In this document: one piece after another, positions 43,231 through 56,032 of the stretch
How positions within the stretch are numbered: the stretch's first letter is position 1
Layout: each line of letters starts with the position of its first letter
Origin: Nitrospirales bacterium
Lineage (GTDB): Bacteria; Nitrospirota; Nitrospiria; Nitrospirales; UBA8639
DNA length: 64,000 bases
Direction of reading: 5' to 3'
NCBI GenBank assembly: GCA_965203295.1
Contig: CBDBCZ010000016.1
Coordinates: forward strand, 160,001-224,000
The notes under the pieces: generated by a model
Database searches by the model: none
The model's input: only the letters and a program-made list of their open reading frames with translations
Told to the model about the DNA's origin: nothing
Translations under genes and position numbers: made by a program

Positions 43231-43659
43231 ATGGCATGGGTGACGCGTGTCGATTATCGACACGCGTCCTGTGTTGTCTCAGCACGCGACAAGCGGTTAT
43301 ATTGACGCACGTACATGTTGCCTCAGCATGCTATGAACGGTTATATCAACATTCATGCGCGTATGATCGGCCACGCCCTACAGAAAGCACGCGTACAGTA
43401 GCCGATAGGCCACGCCCTATGGTAATTACCCGAGGCACCACCAATACGGAATCTCGCAGAGCCAGCAGCGCATCAGAGCATGGGTAGAAGACTTGGTCAA
43501 CACTATTATATTCGGTGAGCCCGTTGTGTTATGAAGTTCGTAATAATATGGAAGACCATCATAGATCTAGATACCGGGATATAAATTATGCTCCCATAAG
43601 TTTGTCTGTAGAAACATTAGCGCAGAAAGAGACAGTAGAAATTATCTAGGTTCATAAGT

Positions 43660-46600
43660 CTCTAGCAACCTGTCTGAACTACAGTAGCAAGATTCACCTT
43701 CCGAACCCGGAGCGCTAAGGGGATAGATTGCTTCTGCTTTGGAACAAAGGGTAGCTTTTGCTGCCTTGTCAATTCTAAATCCTGAATTTGATTTCCAAAA
43801 CTCTTCCTGACTATTGGGCATGGTCTGATTCATAGTAGCAAGATTTTTCCTGAATATCTCCCATTATGGCTCCATAAGGCCAGGATTTGTAGCTGATTTG
43901 GTACTTAAGACTTGGCCGTGTATTAGAATGCTTGCTAGCCACACCTACTAACACCTTCTATCCCCTGACCAATCATATTTCCTGACTATTTGGGATGGTC
44001 TGAGTCACATTAGCAAGATTAACCATCATAATGTCTGAGCCTGATGCTCTAAGAGGATAGATTGCTTCTACCTTGAATAATAAGGACAATAGGGGTGAAT
44101 TAGCATTTGCTGCCTCGTCAACACTAAAGCCTCAGTCAATGTGATTTTCAAAACTGTTTCCTGACTATTGGGCATGATCTGATTCATACTAGCAAGGTTT
44201 GCCCTGAATATCTCCCATTTTGGCTCCATAAGGCCAGGAATTATAGCCAATTTGATACTTTGAAAGCAAGACTAGAATGCTTGCTAGCCACACCTACTAA
44301 CACCTTTGATCCCCCGACCAATTATATTTCCTGACTATTTGGCATGGTCTGAATCACAATAGCAAGATTAACCATCATATTATCTGAACCTGGTGCTCTA
44401 AGAGGATAGATTGCTTCTACCTTGAATAATAAGGACAAAGGGGGTGAATTAGCATTTGCTGCCTCGTCAACACTAAAGCCTCAGTCAATGTGATTTTCAA
44501 AACTGTTTCCTGACTATTGGGCATGATCTGATTCATACTAGCAAGGTTTACCCTGAATATCTCTCATTTTGGCTCCATAAGGCCAGGAATTATAGCCAAT
44601 TAGATACTTTGAAAGCTAGACTTGACCTGTAATAGAATAATGCTTGCTAGCCATGCATACTAATTAGCCCATTCCATCCCACTGACCAATCATGTTTCCT
44701 GACTATTTTGCATGGTCTAAATCACATTAGCAAGATTAACCATCATAATTTCTGAGCCTGGTGCTCTAAGAAGATAGATTGCTTTTACCTTGAATAATAA
44801 GGACAATAGAGGTGAATTAGCATTTGCTGCCTCGTCAACACTAAAGCCTCGGTCAATGTGATTTTCAAAACTGTTTCCTGACTATTGGGCATGGTCTGAT
44901 TCATAATAGCAAGGTTTGCCCTGAATATCTCCCATTTTGGCTCCATAAGGCCAGAAATTGTAGCCAATTAGATACTTTGAAAGCAAGACTTTTCCTGTAT
45001 TAGAATGCTTGCTAGCCACACCTACTAACACCTTTGATTCCCCGACCAATCATGTTTCCTGACTATTGGGCATGGTCTAAATCACATTAGCAAGATTAAC
45101 CATTTATAATGTCTGAGCCTGGTGCTCTAAGAGGATAGATTGCTTCTACCTTGAATAATAAGGACAAAAGTGGTGAATTTGCATTTGCTGCCTCGTCAAC
45201 ACTAAAGCCTCAGTCAATGTGATTTTCAAAACTGTTTCCTGACTATTGGGCATGGTCTGATTCATACTAGCAAGGATTACCCTTAATATCTCCCATTTTG
45301 GCTCCATAAGGCCAGAAATTGTAGCCAATTTGATACTTTGAAAGCAAGACTTGGCCTGTATTAGAATGCTTGCTAGCCACACCTACTAACACTTCCCATC
45401 CCCTGACCAATCATGTTTCCTGACTATTGGGCATGGTCTAAATCCCATTAGCAAGATTAACCATCATAATGTCTGAGCCTGGTGCTCTAAGAGGATAGAT
45501 TGCTTCTACCTTGAATAGTAAGGACAAAAGTGGTGAATTTGCATTTGCTGTCTCGTCAACACTAAAGCCTCAGTCAATGTGATTTTTAAAACTGTTTCCT
45601 GACTATTGGGCATGGTCTGATTCATACTAGCAAGGTTTACCCTTAATATCTCCCATTTTGGCTCCATAAGGCCAGAAATTGTAGCCAATTTGATACTTTG
45701 AAAGCAAGACTTGGTCGTGTGTTGGATTGCTTGCTAGCCACGCCTACTAACACTTTCCATCCCCTGACCAATCATGTTTCCTGACTATTGGGCATGGTCT
45801 GAATCATACTAGCTATGTTTGTCCTGAATATCCCCCAGTATGGCTCCATAAGGCCAGGAATTATAGCCAATTAGATACATTGAAAGCAAGACTTGGCCTG
45901 TATTAGAATGCTTGCTAGCCACACCTACTAACACTTCCCATCCCCTGACCAATCATGTTTCCTGACTATTGGGCATGGTCTAAATCCCATTAGCAAGATT
46001 AACCATCATAATGTCTGAGCCTGGTGCTCTAAGAGGATAGATTGCTTCTACCTTGAATAGTAAGGACAAAAGTGGTGAATTTGCATTTGCTGTCTCGTCA
46101 ACACTAAAGCCTCAGTCAATGTGATTTTTAAAACTGTTTCCTGACTATTGGGCATGGTCTGATTCATACTAGCAAGGATTACCCTTAATATCTCCCATTT
46201 TGGCTCCATAAGGCCAGAAATTGTAGCCAATTTGATACTTTGAAAGCAAGACTTGGCCGTGTATTGGATTGCTTGCTAGCCATGCATACTAACCCATTCC
46301 ATCCCACTGACCAATCATGTTTCCTGACTATTTTGCATGGTCTAAATCACATTAGCAAGATTAACCATCATAATGTCTGAGCCTGGTGCTCTAAGAAGAT
46401 AGATTGCTTTCACCTTGAATAATAAGGACAATAGAGGTGAATTAGCATTTGCTGCCTCGTCAACACTAAAGCCTCGGTCAATGTGATTTTTAAAACTGTT
46501 TCCTGACTATTGGGCATGGTCTGATTCATAATAGCAAGGTTTGCCCTGAATATCCCCCAGTATGGCTCAATAAGGCCAGAAATTGTAGCCAATTAGATAC

Positions 46601-46940
46601 TTTGAAAGCAAGACTTTTCCTGTATTAGAATACTTGCTAGCCACACCTACTAACACCTTTGATTCCCCGACCAATCATATTTCCTGACTATTTGGCATGG
46701 TCTGAATCACATTTGCAAGATTAACCATCATAATGTCTAAATCTGGTGCTCTAAGAGGATAGATTGCTCCTACCTTGAATAATAAGGACAAAGGGGGTGC
46801 ATTAGCATTTGCTGCCTCGTCAACACTAAAGCCTCAGTCAATGTGATTTTCAAAACTGTTTCCTGACTATTGGGCATGATCTGATTTATAGTAGCAAGGT
46901 TTGCCCTGAATATCTCCATTATGGCTTCACAAGGCCAGGC
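43660..46940. repeat. Satellite 2: ~360-bp dimer of two ~180-bp subunits
   Basis: The box cctgactattgggcatggtctgattcatactagcaag (and variants) recurs about every 180 bp from ~43806 to ~46862. Alternate subunits continue either ...attaaccatcataatgtctgagcc or ...tttgccctgaatatctcccatt. The left edge is degenerate. Confidence 0.93.
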
Positions 46941-46979
46941 ATCGTACCCAATTACATGTAGGTAATTGTAGGTACTTCA

Positions 46980-47084
<105 letters not shown>

Positions 47085-47899
47085 TGGACATCATAGTACA
47101 GTAACAGGTGACTGGATAGTGACTGTCATTAAGGGTGGTCACTGGTCGTGTGGCAGACATCCTCTCCAAATTCTGATGTATACTCGTGTCTGTGTTTGGT
47201 TGCAGTGCTACAGCTATAGAATTATTGACTATCCTATAGCAATCCCAGCTCATTTTTAATTTTCAGCTTCTACTGCTGGGTCACCTTGCAGGGATCATCC
47301 TACGTTTTGAATAAGATGAACTATTTTTCTTTTTTTGGTTTTGTATGTCGTGTATGTACTAGCTTTCCAGATCAAAAACATCGCTATGGGTATGGAAGGG
47401 AGTGTGGTTAAATGGGCTGACTGCACGAAGGACTCTTGGTATTTAGAACACGATACAGTTCTTCACTGGTGTGAACACGAAGTTGAGTCTTCAGGGAGAA
47501 CTGTTGGGTGTAAGTCCGCAGATGTGGCAGAAATTAATACGTGGAGCAACACTGAGGGTTGCTGTCTTTGTTGAAGTGGGAAGTAGGGGCTGTTCAGAAG
47601 GCGTGATAGATGAGAAGAATAGTGGATTGGTCCGTAGGCGACTGTGAGTGGATGCATTACATTTGTGCGAGAGTAGAAATTGCCCAGGCCAAAGAGAACA
47701 CAGCTGCAAAAAAGAAAGGAAGAGGATCTGCACTAATTATCAAATTTTTAGCTACATTTCGGCTCCTCCCCTCGGGATACGATTATGGGAAGAAGCCAAG
47801 GTCTGGGCACGAGACTAGCTCCGCCCCTACAGCTTTTAAGCACATAGCGATGTGCTAATTCCACACGGAGGGTTGATGCAACACTCGCGTATCGGGCGA

Positions 47900-47980
47900 T
47901 GTGCTGTTTCAACACGAGATCTGATGAACAACACGCATGCTCGGCTTGTCTGCGTGCTGTTTCGGCACTGGCATTTTTGC
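47900..47980 (-). mobile_element. CACTG/EnSpm(CMC)-like terminal sequence, last bases clipped
   Basis: The reverse complement gcaaaaatgccagtgccgaaacagcacgcagac...gcgtgttgttc...gaaacagcac aligns by eye with 55606-55690. Confidence 0.55.
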
Positions 47981-50900
47981 GACAGGGGTACACATAACAC
48001 CGGCACCCATACACAATGACATGCACAGCATAAACAAGTTATTCTCAAGCAGCCAACCTGCGATATAATCTCACACCATGTAGCAATGGGCATGACTGTG
48101 GCTCTCAGTAGTGATTCATGAGATTTAAAAGCTGTCATACAGTATATTTCTTCATTCTATTATCACTGGAGGTTAACATGTTTCTCACCTCGTAACAGAC
48201 AAACATAGTCCGAAAGCAGTTGGTGAGTAAATATTCATAATTATCATCCAATGACCAATCAATGTTATTATGGTAGTGGTTCTTCATGATTGATATATGT
48301 AACCCGGCCTAGTGTACTTTAGGGTATTTTACAAATGGATTATTGCATGTGTACCTTATGTTTCACACTATCAAGTTCACAAGCAGGGTTACTTTCTCTC
48401 TCTTTTGCTTCAGAAACTCGGTCTTCTAAAAATCTTGTTATTGAAGCTGTCAAGTTAATGAAAAGATGAGATCTTGACAACACTACATACATACACGATA
48501 GACCTACTAAACAGCCATGTGGTTTCAATTTAATACTACTTACCTGTTTAGCAGTAGCATCATCTTTTCTCTTCTTGGTAAGTTCAGATTTCCTCGTTTG
48601 TTCATTACCGCTGAGCTTCTCTTCATTAGCTTGGCTTTGTTCTAATCTCTACAGAACAGGAAGCTGAATATCAGCTTATCATTCGCAAAATCATATTACA
48701 AATATGTGTTAATACACAGTCATGTACGGTAGCAAAGAAGACAGTGCACGGTGCATAAATCTAACATCTATTGTTACATACGGTTTGAACACCCACAATA
48801 CGTACATATGCAGCTGGAAGTATATGTAACTTCAGAAACAATTATGGCAGTAGAAATGCAACAATGAAATTGCATTACCGTTCTACCGTACATACTTCAC
48901 AAGCACAAAGCATACTCGTTGACAGTAAGTTAAGGAATCACATGTACAGCATACCGAGTGTCAAAAGCAAAGTGTAAGTGTGCATTGCATAATTTGACAT
49001 CCTGTTTCTCCATACTCCATTGATTGACAGTTACTTTCCACACGTTCACCTTTTGAAGATCTTGATTTAGTTCTGTCAACTTTTTCACCTGTTGTATGTA
49101 AATAACTAGCAACATAATAACAGAAGAGAGCAGCAACACATACATGGGTGCTGAGTAATAATTACAGTTAGAATTGGCAGGTCATATTGGCAAGTGCTTC
49201 TAGCGGGTTTAGTAGCTACGTATAAAGCTTGCCTATTGACCAAAAATCAGAATGTCCTGGGTTCAACTCCCAGCTGGGCTCTGGTTTTAGGAGGTATGAT
49301 ACAGTAAAGTAGCTTCTTTACTGCTAACACAATCTTCTGGTAAGCGTAGCTACGTATAAAGCTTGCCTATTGACCAAAAATCAGAATGTCCTGGGTTCAA
49401 CTCCCAGCTGGGCTGTGGTTTTAGGAAGTATGTTACAGTAAAAGTAGCTCCTTTATTGCTAACACAATTGTTTGGTACACACTCAGTGCACATGATGCTG
49501 ACCTGCTTTTGAAGGGAAATTCTGAGTCAGTGAAGTTACAGTGGCATCCTTGCCCATCAGCTCTTTCTGGAGTGAAGAGCTACAGCTAGTAGCAGACTGC
49601 AGTTGGCTCTCAGTGTCAGCTAGCTGTTAAAGATAACAATTCACAAGTCCCATGCATACACTCTTATGGTAATAGACTACTGTCAAGGAAGCATGTTGCA
49701 TAGCACGTTCCACATTACAGCTGAGCCACATCACATGACAGTCAAACATGCTCTAACATACTGCATGTATAGCATTGTATGAATGGTACTGTAGACACAG
49801 ACTCTCCTTTCTGGATAAACGTGTGGTCTACAGTAGAATGTAGTATGCCAAATGCTTTGTATATGCAAGTAAGTTCCATCCTGCAAATGTGTAATTACCA
49901 CACATATGTACATACGAAGTTACGTACATACAAAGTATATACAGGTTTATACTGGCAGTTTGAAGTGATACAGACCTGTTTCTTTAGCATTTCTACTTCA
50001 GATATCCTTTCTTGCAAACGATTTTTACATGATTCCAGGTGCTCCTCCATAGAAACATAGCTATGTATGCAAAACATTGTATATTATAGTATACATTACT
50101 TTGAAACTAACTGTGAAAGCACCACAACTACACGTAACATGAGCAGTTAAACATGCAATGATTAGTATGCAGCAGAGAGTAATCCAAAACTAGTAAAGCC
50201 TTTTACAAGCTAAGATGGAAAATGTGTGTGTGTGTGTTTCATATACATGATGCCCATTCGCAGCTTTGACAGAGTAGGGATAGTTCAGAGGTATATGCAG
50301 TCTCCTTAATATTTCTGCCTTGCTTTCCACATACCTCAGATTTTTAGCCATTGGGTTCTTCTTGTAAGCAGCCAGTTCTTTCCTTAGTTCAGCTATAATA
50401 GCATCATTTTATTGGCTAGCTCTCAGACTCAAACAGAGCCAGCCTACAGACTCTGCATGTCCGTTAGACACTGCACTTGATAATCCTGTAAAACGTGGCA
50501 TGTAGTCTGAATATGTAGGTACCTAGTAATTTCAGAAACCAGTACACAAACCTTGAAAAGCATATACATGTATGTACATAGTCAGCTGTGTACATACATG
50601 TACATGTACATGTAAGTAAGGGCCAATGATCAGAACAGGCTGATGGCCCACTCAGACTAACCATCTTTTCGAGTGTATACAGCAAGTTTTCCAGCAAGGA
50701 AAATAAACCACTTAATACAAAATGTGCATCACAATAATGTGTTCTACGACTCCAAGAGCAACTATCCTGTGCTATCTATTTTGGCATGCATGTAGGAGGG
50801 CTAGAATGTGATTCCATGAGTAAAACTATACCTTCTCAATAAGGGCATCATGTATAGCAAAGAGTTGCTTTTCGAATCCTCTCCTGCTCTTGCTCTTTGT

Positions 50901-51820
50901 TCCACAACTTCCAGTCCTAGAACAGGACCAAGAATAACAATACGTATACATACATATACAGTAGTAATCATAGCAGGCTTATGGTATATACATTGGGTGA
51001 ATGCAATTAACGAGTGTCACATCAGGGGTGGGTATAGCTACTAAAAGTGTGTGTGTGTGTGCGTGTGTGGAAACAAGGCTACGTTGCACTAGACACTAGA
51101 TGGGTACCAACTGGTGTGAAGAGAATTTTAAAATCAATCCGGGTTGCTTTTGTGCGTGTGTGTGTGTGTGTGTGCGGGGGGGGGGGGGGGGGGGGGCTCA
51201 ACCCTCCTGCACATGTATGCCTAGATTTTGGAAACATAATACTCATATGGCCCACAGAAATTCCAGAAGTACTGTAAAAATAAGCACATATCATAAAAAT
51301 TTTAGAAGTACTGTAAAAATAATGGCATTGAATGTCCGACTCAAATAAAAGCAATAGTGCAGACTTACATTCCAACAAATCGAACTTACCGTGAGTATTC
51401 CTTCTTTGGTGTGGAGAACTGGGATCTGATACAGTTGTCTCATCATGTACTGAAATGGGCTATATGAAAAACGAAGAACGTTGCTTGAGGCTGCTTCTCT
51501 GCTAACAACTGTATCCAAAAAATACATATCACTGCATGGCTGACGGCAGTTGCCGATACGTACATGCATGTACGTATGCACAGTAGGTATTAATTCATCC
51601 TCCAGTATAGAATTGACATGTACATGGACATGTTTACAGCTACATCTACTTGTACACGTACATAGCAAGTAGCTCAGATGAAAGCTGAAGAGTTTGCGAT
51701 GTACATGTAATACCAGTAACTGTGCATACATGCAAATAGTATTGAACAAAACAAAAAAAATTGACACCTGTGTCGTAGGGATACTGCTTCTGGAGCTGCA
51801 GGGTGAAGCACTGCTGCTGT
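47981..51820 (-). pseudogene. Copy 4 of FHAD1-like segment
   Basis: Paralogous to 35753-39484 and to copies 1 and 3. The 105-bp exon 48544-48648 (RLEQSQANEEKLSGNEQTRKSELTKKRKDDATAKQ) is intact, but the LADTE exon is partly deleted and the DYQVQ exon is frameshifted. Confidence 0.75.
49212..49475 (+). repeat. Tandem duplication (134-bp period) of the tRNA-like SINE head
   Basis: gtagctacgtataaagcttgcctattgacc...gggttcaactcccagctgggc starts at both 49212 and 49346. Only one copy exists in paralog 2. Confidence 0.85.
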
Positions 51821-52889
51821 CGTGGTAGAGGAGACTGATGTCCGTAAACACCTAATATTTATTCAGCCATGCATAGATATTAATAAAGTCCACGTGGAGT
51901 CTATTGTCTATGATTCAGCGAATCTCTTGGTTAGGCCTCTGGCTAGCTAGTGCTGTGCAGTTATGCGCTCTTGGTAGCCAGAGGAAGAGTTCTGCAGAAC
52001 CCTGCCAGCCTCGTCGCCGAAGGGTTGGCTTGCGAGTCCGTAGGTGATGGCTGGCTCGCAAGCGTATATAGGTGATGGCTGGCTATGCACTTTGCCCCCA
52101 CTGTGACATAGTCAATTTTCAACACAAAAGTTGATTCGAGGCCTGAATGTGGAGCTGCCTCCACGTGGCTCAGTCAGCAGCATAATACTAACTGCAATTT
52201 GGCAGATGCAAAATGTTCCATACTAATCACATAGCTAGAGGTGACATTTTTCATTCCTACCTGTATGGAGCGAGCGAAGCGAGCACAACTACTTATAATG
52301 GTAAAGGGTCTATTGTTGCATGTACATGTATGCATGTGCCGATATAGCCAAGTTTTTGTCCAGTGCCGTGCTGGCTATCATGTCATATATACTTGTATCT
52401 GCATGGCTTGGTCTGAATGTACATGTAGCGGGGCCCCCTCGGGGCATTTAGTTGCCAGTGCATGATTAAGCTGTGTAGAGTTTCTCATGATCCTATATTT
52501 CATTCTGCAAGCAGGGGTTCATTTAGAAAAATGATCAAGGGGGCGCAATATTGTTGACTTTGGGGGGGGGGGGGGGGGGATGTACGAAGAGGTGTGCCTT
52601 GCACATGTCATGCTAGATGGGTGTGTGGGGGCATGCTTCTCCAGGAAAATTTAGACCCTCAGAGATGAGTTCCGGTGCATTTTCAAGTATATTTACACTA
52701 CTTATTGTGTGGTGCATGTTGTGTGAAATTTGCATTTATTACACGTATGCACTCTGTTAACCATGCATATATTATTCTAGATGTATCGTTCCTTACATTA
52801 CATCATACATGTACTGTAATACGATCGATATTACATCATACTGTAAATGTGAATGCAATGGTTGTGCATTTTATATACGTGTTGGTGCG

Positions 52890-53040
52890 TGGTATGGCAT
52901 GGTATTCCATGGTACTGCATGGTATTGAACGGTACTCAGTGGTACTGCATGGTATTAGCTACGTGGTACTGTGTAGTATTGCATGGTAGATCTGCTCACT
53001 ATAGTATTGCGAGTATTCACTGGTATAGCATGGTACTCAG
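52890..53040. repeat. Degenerate 10-bp minisatellite (atggtactgc)
   Basis: Repeated atggtactgc / atggtattgc-like units. Confidence 0.7.
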
Positions 53041-53049
53041 TGCTATTAT

Positions 53050-53260
53050 ATTCTCAACAACACGGCAGGAAGTTTTACCATTGAAGACTGTGAGTAGTTG
53101 GTTCGGATGGTCTTTCACACGCCTCTCATCTGCAGATTGACAGTGTTAATAGTCCCATGACTTTTCACAAGAAGGATTTGTTGCAATCTATGCTTTTGCG
53201 CAATGTTAGAAGGCCTAGGTGATTTTAGCTTACTCAATAGGCAAATGACTCAAATATTGA
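53050..53260 (-). pseudogene. Degenerate N-terminal fragment of a hAT/CGGBP1-like transposase
   Basis: Across frameshifts it reads LLSKLKSPRPSNIAQKHRL...ERRVKDHPNQLLTVFNGKTSCRV. This resembles the recalled pattern LL.RL.SP.PS.LARKRK...RV.EFP.E.LTVSNGKLFC..C. Confidence 0.35.
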
Positions 53261-53510
53261 CTTCTTGGCCAAGCTCCTGTGAATCCTCGCTTACTTCCAT
53301 AGCTGTCAACAGCTGCTGGGCAACTACTACTAGGCCCATTAGTGCTGGACTTTGTGTTGCTTTTCGGGCCTGCAGTCGACGGCTCCATTTGATGAGCAGC
53401 ACAAGTGGGTGCCTGATTATTCCCAAATTGTGGTTTTGCCGGCATATTGGATACATCACTGTGCACCACACAACCAAGTATAAATGCATACCACTCTCAC
53501 AAGAACACAG

Positions 53511-53607
53511 TACTCTTTCCCAGCCCCACAATCAAGGCTAAGGATCGCTTACAGCAGGATACTGTAAGCGATCCTTAGCCTTAATTGTGGGGCTGGGAAC
53601 GAGACTA
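53511..53607. mobile_element. Palindromic MITE (…gggaacgagacta end)
   Basis: ttcccagccccacaatcaaggctaaggatcgcttacag pairs with ctgtaagcgatccttagccttaattgtggggctgggaa. The left tip is decayed and no TSD is visible. Confidence 0.7.
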
Positions 53608-54149
53608 CTAGCTACCTCCCAGCATCTAACCTCGGGTGTCAAGCCTAGTGATCGGAACACAGTTTGTAAATTGTAACCCACCCACTCAGCTGAAAGGGAA
53701 CCTTGCCAGTGTGCTCACTCAAGTATAATACGTACATTGCCAAGATAGATAGCTAACCATGCACCAACAAGCTAATAGCTACAATCTTGAGGAGGAATCA
53801 GGCTCACTGAATACTGGACTGTCAAACAGTAACAGTTTGCCTAATCTATGAGTGATGATACTGTGTCACAGGTAATTTGGTCATTGAGTCGCTGGGTTAT
53901 GGTGACAGAACATAATTAACCCTGTAATGGATATTCTGTTTGGAAAGAAAATCAGTCGCTCAGTACTTATCTGAGTACTTAGTGAAGGAAATACTCAAAG
54001 ACATACAGGCATATTCAATGTACATGTAGCTAGGTGGTGTCTTTAGAAGATATGGGAGGCTAGTGAAATAATTGGTTATCATTGGTAGTGATTTGCAGTA
54101 TTGGCATGGCATGCAGTACTATCTATGCTATACAGTTTTGAGCAGCTTG

Positions 54150-54312
54150 TACAGTTTGCAGTGTTTGCATCGTTTGCAGTGTTGCACTGTTTGCATCGTT
54201 TGCAGTGTTTGCATCGTTTACACTGTTGCACTGTTTGCATCGTTTGCAGTGTTTGCAGTGTTTGCATCGTTTGCACAGTTTGCATTGTTTGTAGTTCTAA
54301 TAATGTTTGCAC
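54150..54312. repeat. 9-bp minisatellite (gtttgcagt/gtttgcatc)
   Basis: Tandem gtttgcaNN units. Confidence 0.9.
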
Positions 54313-54676
54313 TTCGGTGATCTCGTAAGTTTAAATTATCACGTGATGAGACCAATCAAATTCTTGATTAGAAATGTTTCAGCTGACTGGAATTTAATCG
54401 TTTTGTCCAGCTTTAGAAAATTTTTTGCTATACGTACTACGGGATAGCTCAGGATCGGCGATATGTCATCTGACAACATCCAGCAACAGGAATCCCCAGT
54501 GATCGCGCAAGAGCAGCAAGCTCGGGAAGTGAACTGTGAGATGAGCACCATGCACGAGAAATCTCTTTCTGAAGAGCTACAACTAAACCTGGACGAAGTC
54601 AGTATGAACATAGATAATATAGCCTTAGGAATTATAATTTGAACGTGACAATTGGAGTATGAACTGCAAGTCCTAC

Positions 54677-54774
54677 ATCACTTTACGATGTTAACTACCT
54701 CGCTGGATATTAGCCATACACAAGGACCCTTGTGTATGGCTGATTCAGCAAGGCAGCTAACATTGTAAAGCGAT
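54677..54774. repeat. Imperfect ~98-bp hairpin, MITE-like
   Basis: Inner stem agccatacacaagg/ccttgtgtatggct and outer stem atcactttacgatgtta/taacattgtaaagcgat. Confidence 0.7.
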
Positions 54775-55601
54775 ACAGGTTTCACAAAGCTTCCTCACCA
54801 TAGATAATAATTACTAGTTTACATATTATATATACTCTCACCTAGTTTTTGGCAGGTAGCACACTTGAAAGTTTTGTAACCCTTCCCCCACAAGCGAGTG
54901 GAACAACATTATAGGTATCCAAGAACTACATGTATCATGATTGAGACAGTGTGTACCCTCTACTACTGCAGAATAACTATATAGCCATTTAATTGCTCGG
55001 TAATTACATACTTCATTCTCTCACCCTGAACGTACGGCAGCATATGCTGTTGACTTTAGACTGTCTTTCTGCTGGGGCAAGTGCAGTTGTGGGCACAAAA
55101 CTACGATGCAGAGCATTGTTTAGCACAAGCAGCACTGGGATAATGATTGTCAAAACTCATATTGGTCCAGGAATATAATTTGAATAGGCACATTTTCTAC
55201 CCCATCATTTGAGTTAGGTAGCGCAAACATTTATCAATTCTTTGTCTCCTCTCCTGTATAGCTGGCTACCTCACTGGTAGAGCTCTACCAGGTCCTATCC
55301 CCAATGATGCTACAGGCCCAGGAATTGACAGCATCTCTGTACAAGCACACACAGTTTTCAAGTGCTTGGGGTGACTTTTTGAGTAGTGGTGCTTGTAGTT
55401 TGCAAGAGAGAGAGTTGCGGTTGAAAGAACAGCAAGTGCAGCCGCAGCCTGGTGACCCTGACGACTGACTTTGGTACATGTACTTGTATGTGCTTTAGGA
55501 ACACCCAATTACCCTGGGTATAAAGAGTGTTTATGATGTTGTCTGTCCACCTTGTACCTGGATCACCTACCCATTGAATAACGTATAATGGCAGGCATTA
55601 T

Positions 55602-55860
55602 CACTGCAAAAACGCCGGTGCTGTAACAGCACGCAGACTCGCAGCGCAGGCGTGTTGTTCGACAGATTGCGGTTAGAAACAGCACTTCAGTCGGTCCACT
55701 TGTGTTGAGTCAACACGAGGGTGTTGCAGTACACATCGCTATGTGCTAGCACAACTTCAATAATTCACGACACGAAGCATCCTGTTGGATTAACACATCG
55801 TTAAGTGCTAATGCATCGCGACAATGTCTGGTGCTGAACCTCAACAAGTGCCATGCACGT
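55602..55860 (+). mobile_element. CACTG/EnSpm(CMC)-like terminal region
   Basis: Begins CACTGCAAAAACGCC, followed by repeated aacagcac/aacac(g)/gtgttg subterminal motifs. No partner end is seen downstream. Confidence 0.55.
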
Positions 55861-55890
55861 AAGAGATACTCTAAGGTGCTTCATCTTTAA

Positions 55891-56032
55891 CCCTTTACCA
55901 ACCATAAGAAACAGCTTAAAGAAGCAGAAAGCCTATACAAAGTATTAACGCCTAGTATTAAAACCCCCATATAAATTCATATGAGCTTATGGGAGCTCAT
56001 GACGCATATATGCGTCATTGGTTGGTAAAAAG
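55891..56032. mobile_element. TTAA-flanked piggyBac-type MITE (142 bp)
   Basis: TTAA|ccctttaccaacca ... tggttggtaaaaag|TTAA, a 14-bp TIR with 2 mismatches. Confidence 0.8.

Noticed and set aside
44068..46592. Repeated 60-aa ORFs (MATISGLMEPKWEI...)
   Set aside because: They are translations of satellite 2 units.
54072..54328. Cys-rich or Q/T-rich ORFs resembling metallothionein or repeat proteins
   Set aside because: They result from a 9-bp minisatellite that is open in several frames.
54463..54642. Short ATG ORF MSSDNIQQQESPVIAQEQQARE... after a CACGTG/CCAAT-containing stretch
   Set aside because: It could be a first exon or a TE start, but I found no downstream exons or homology to support it.
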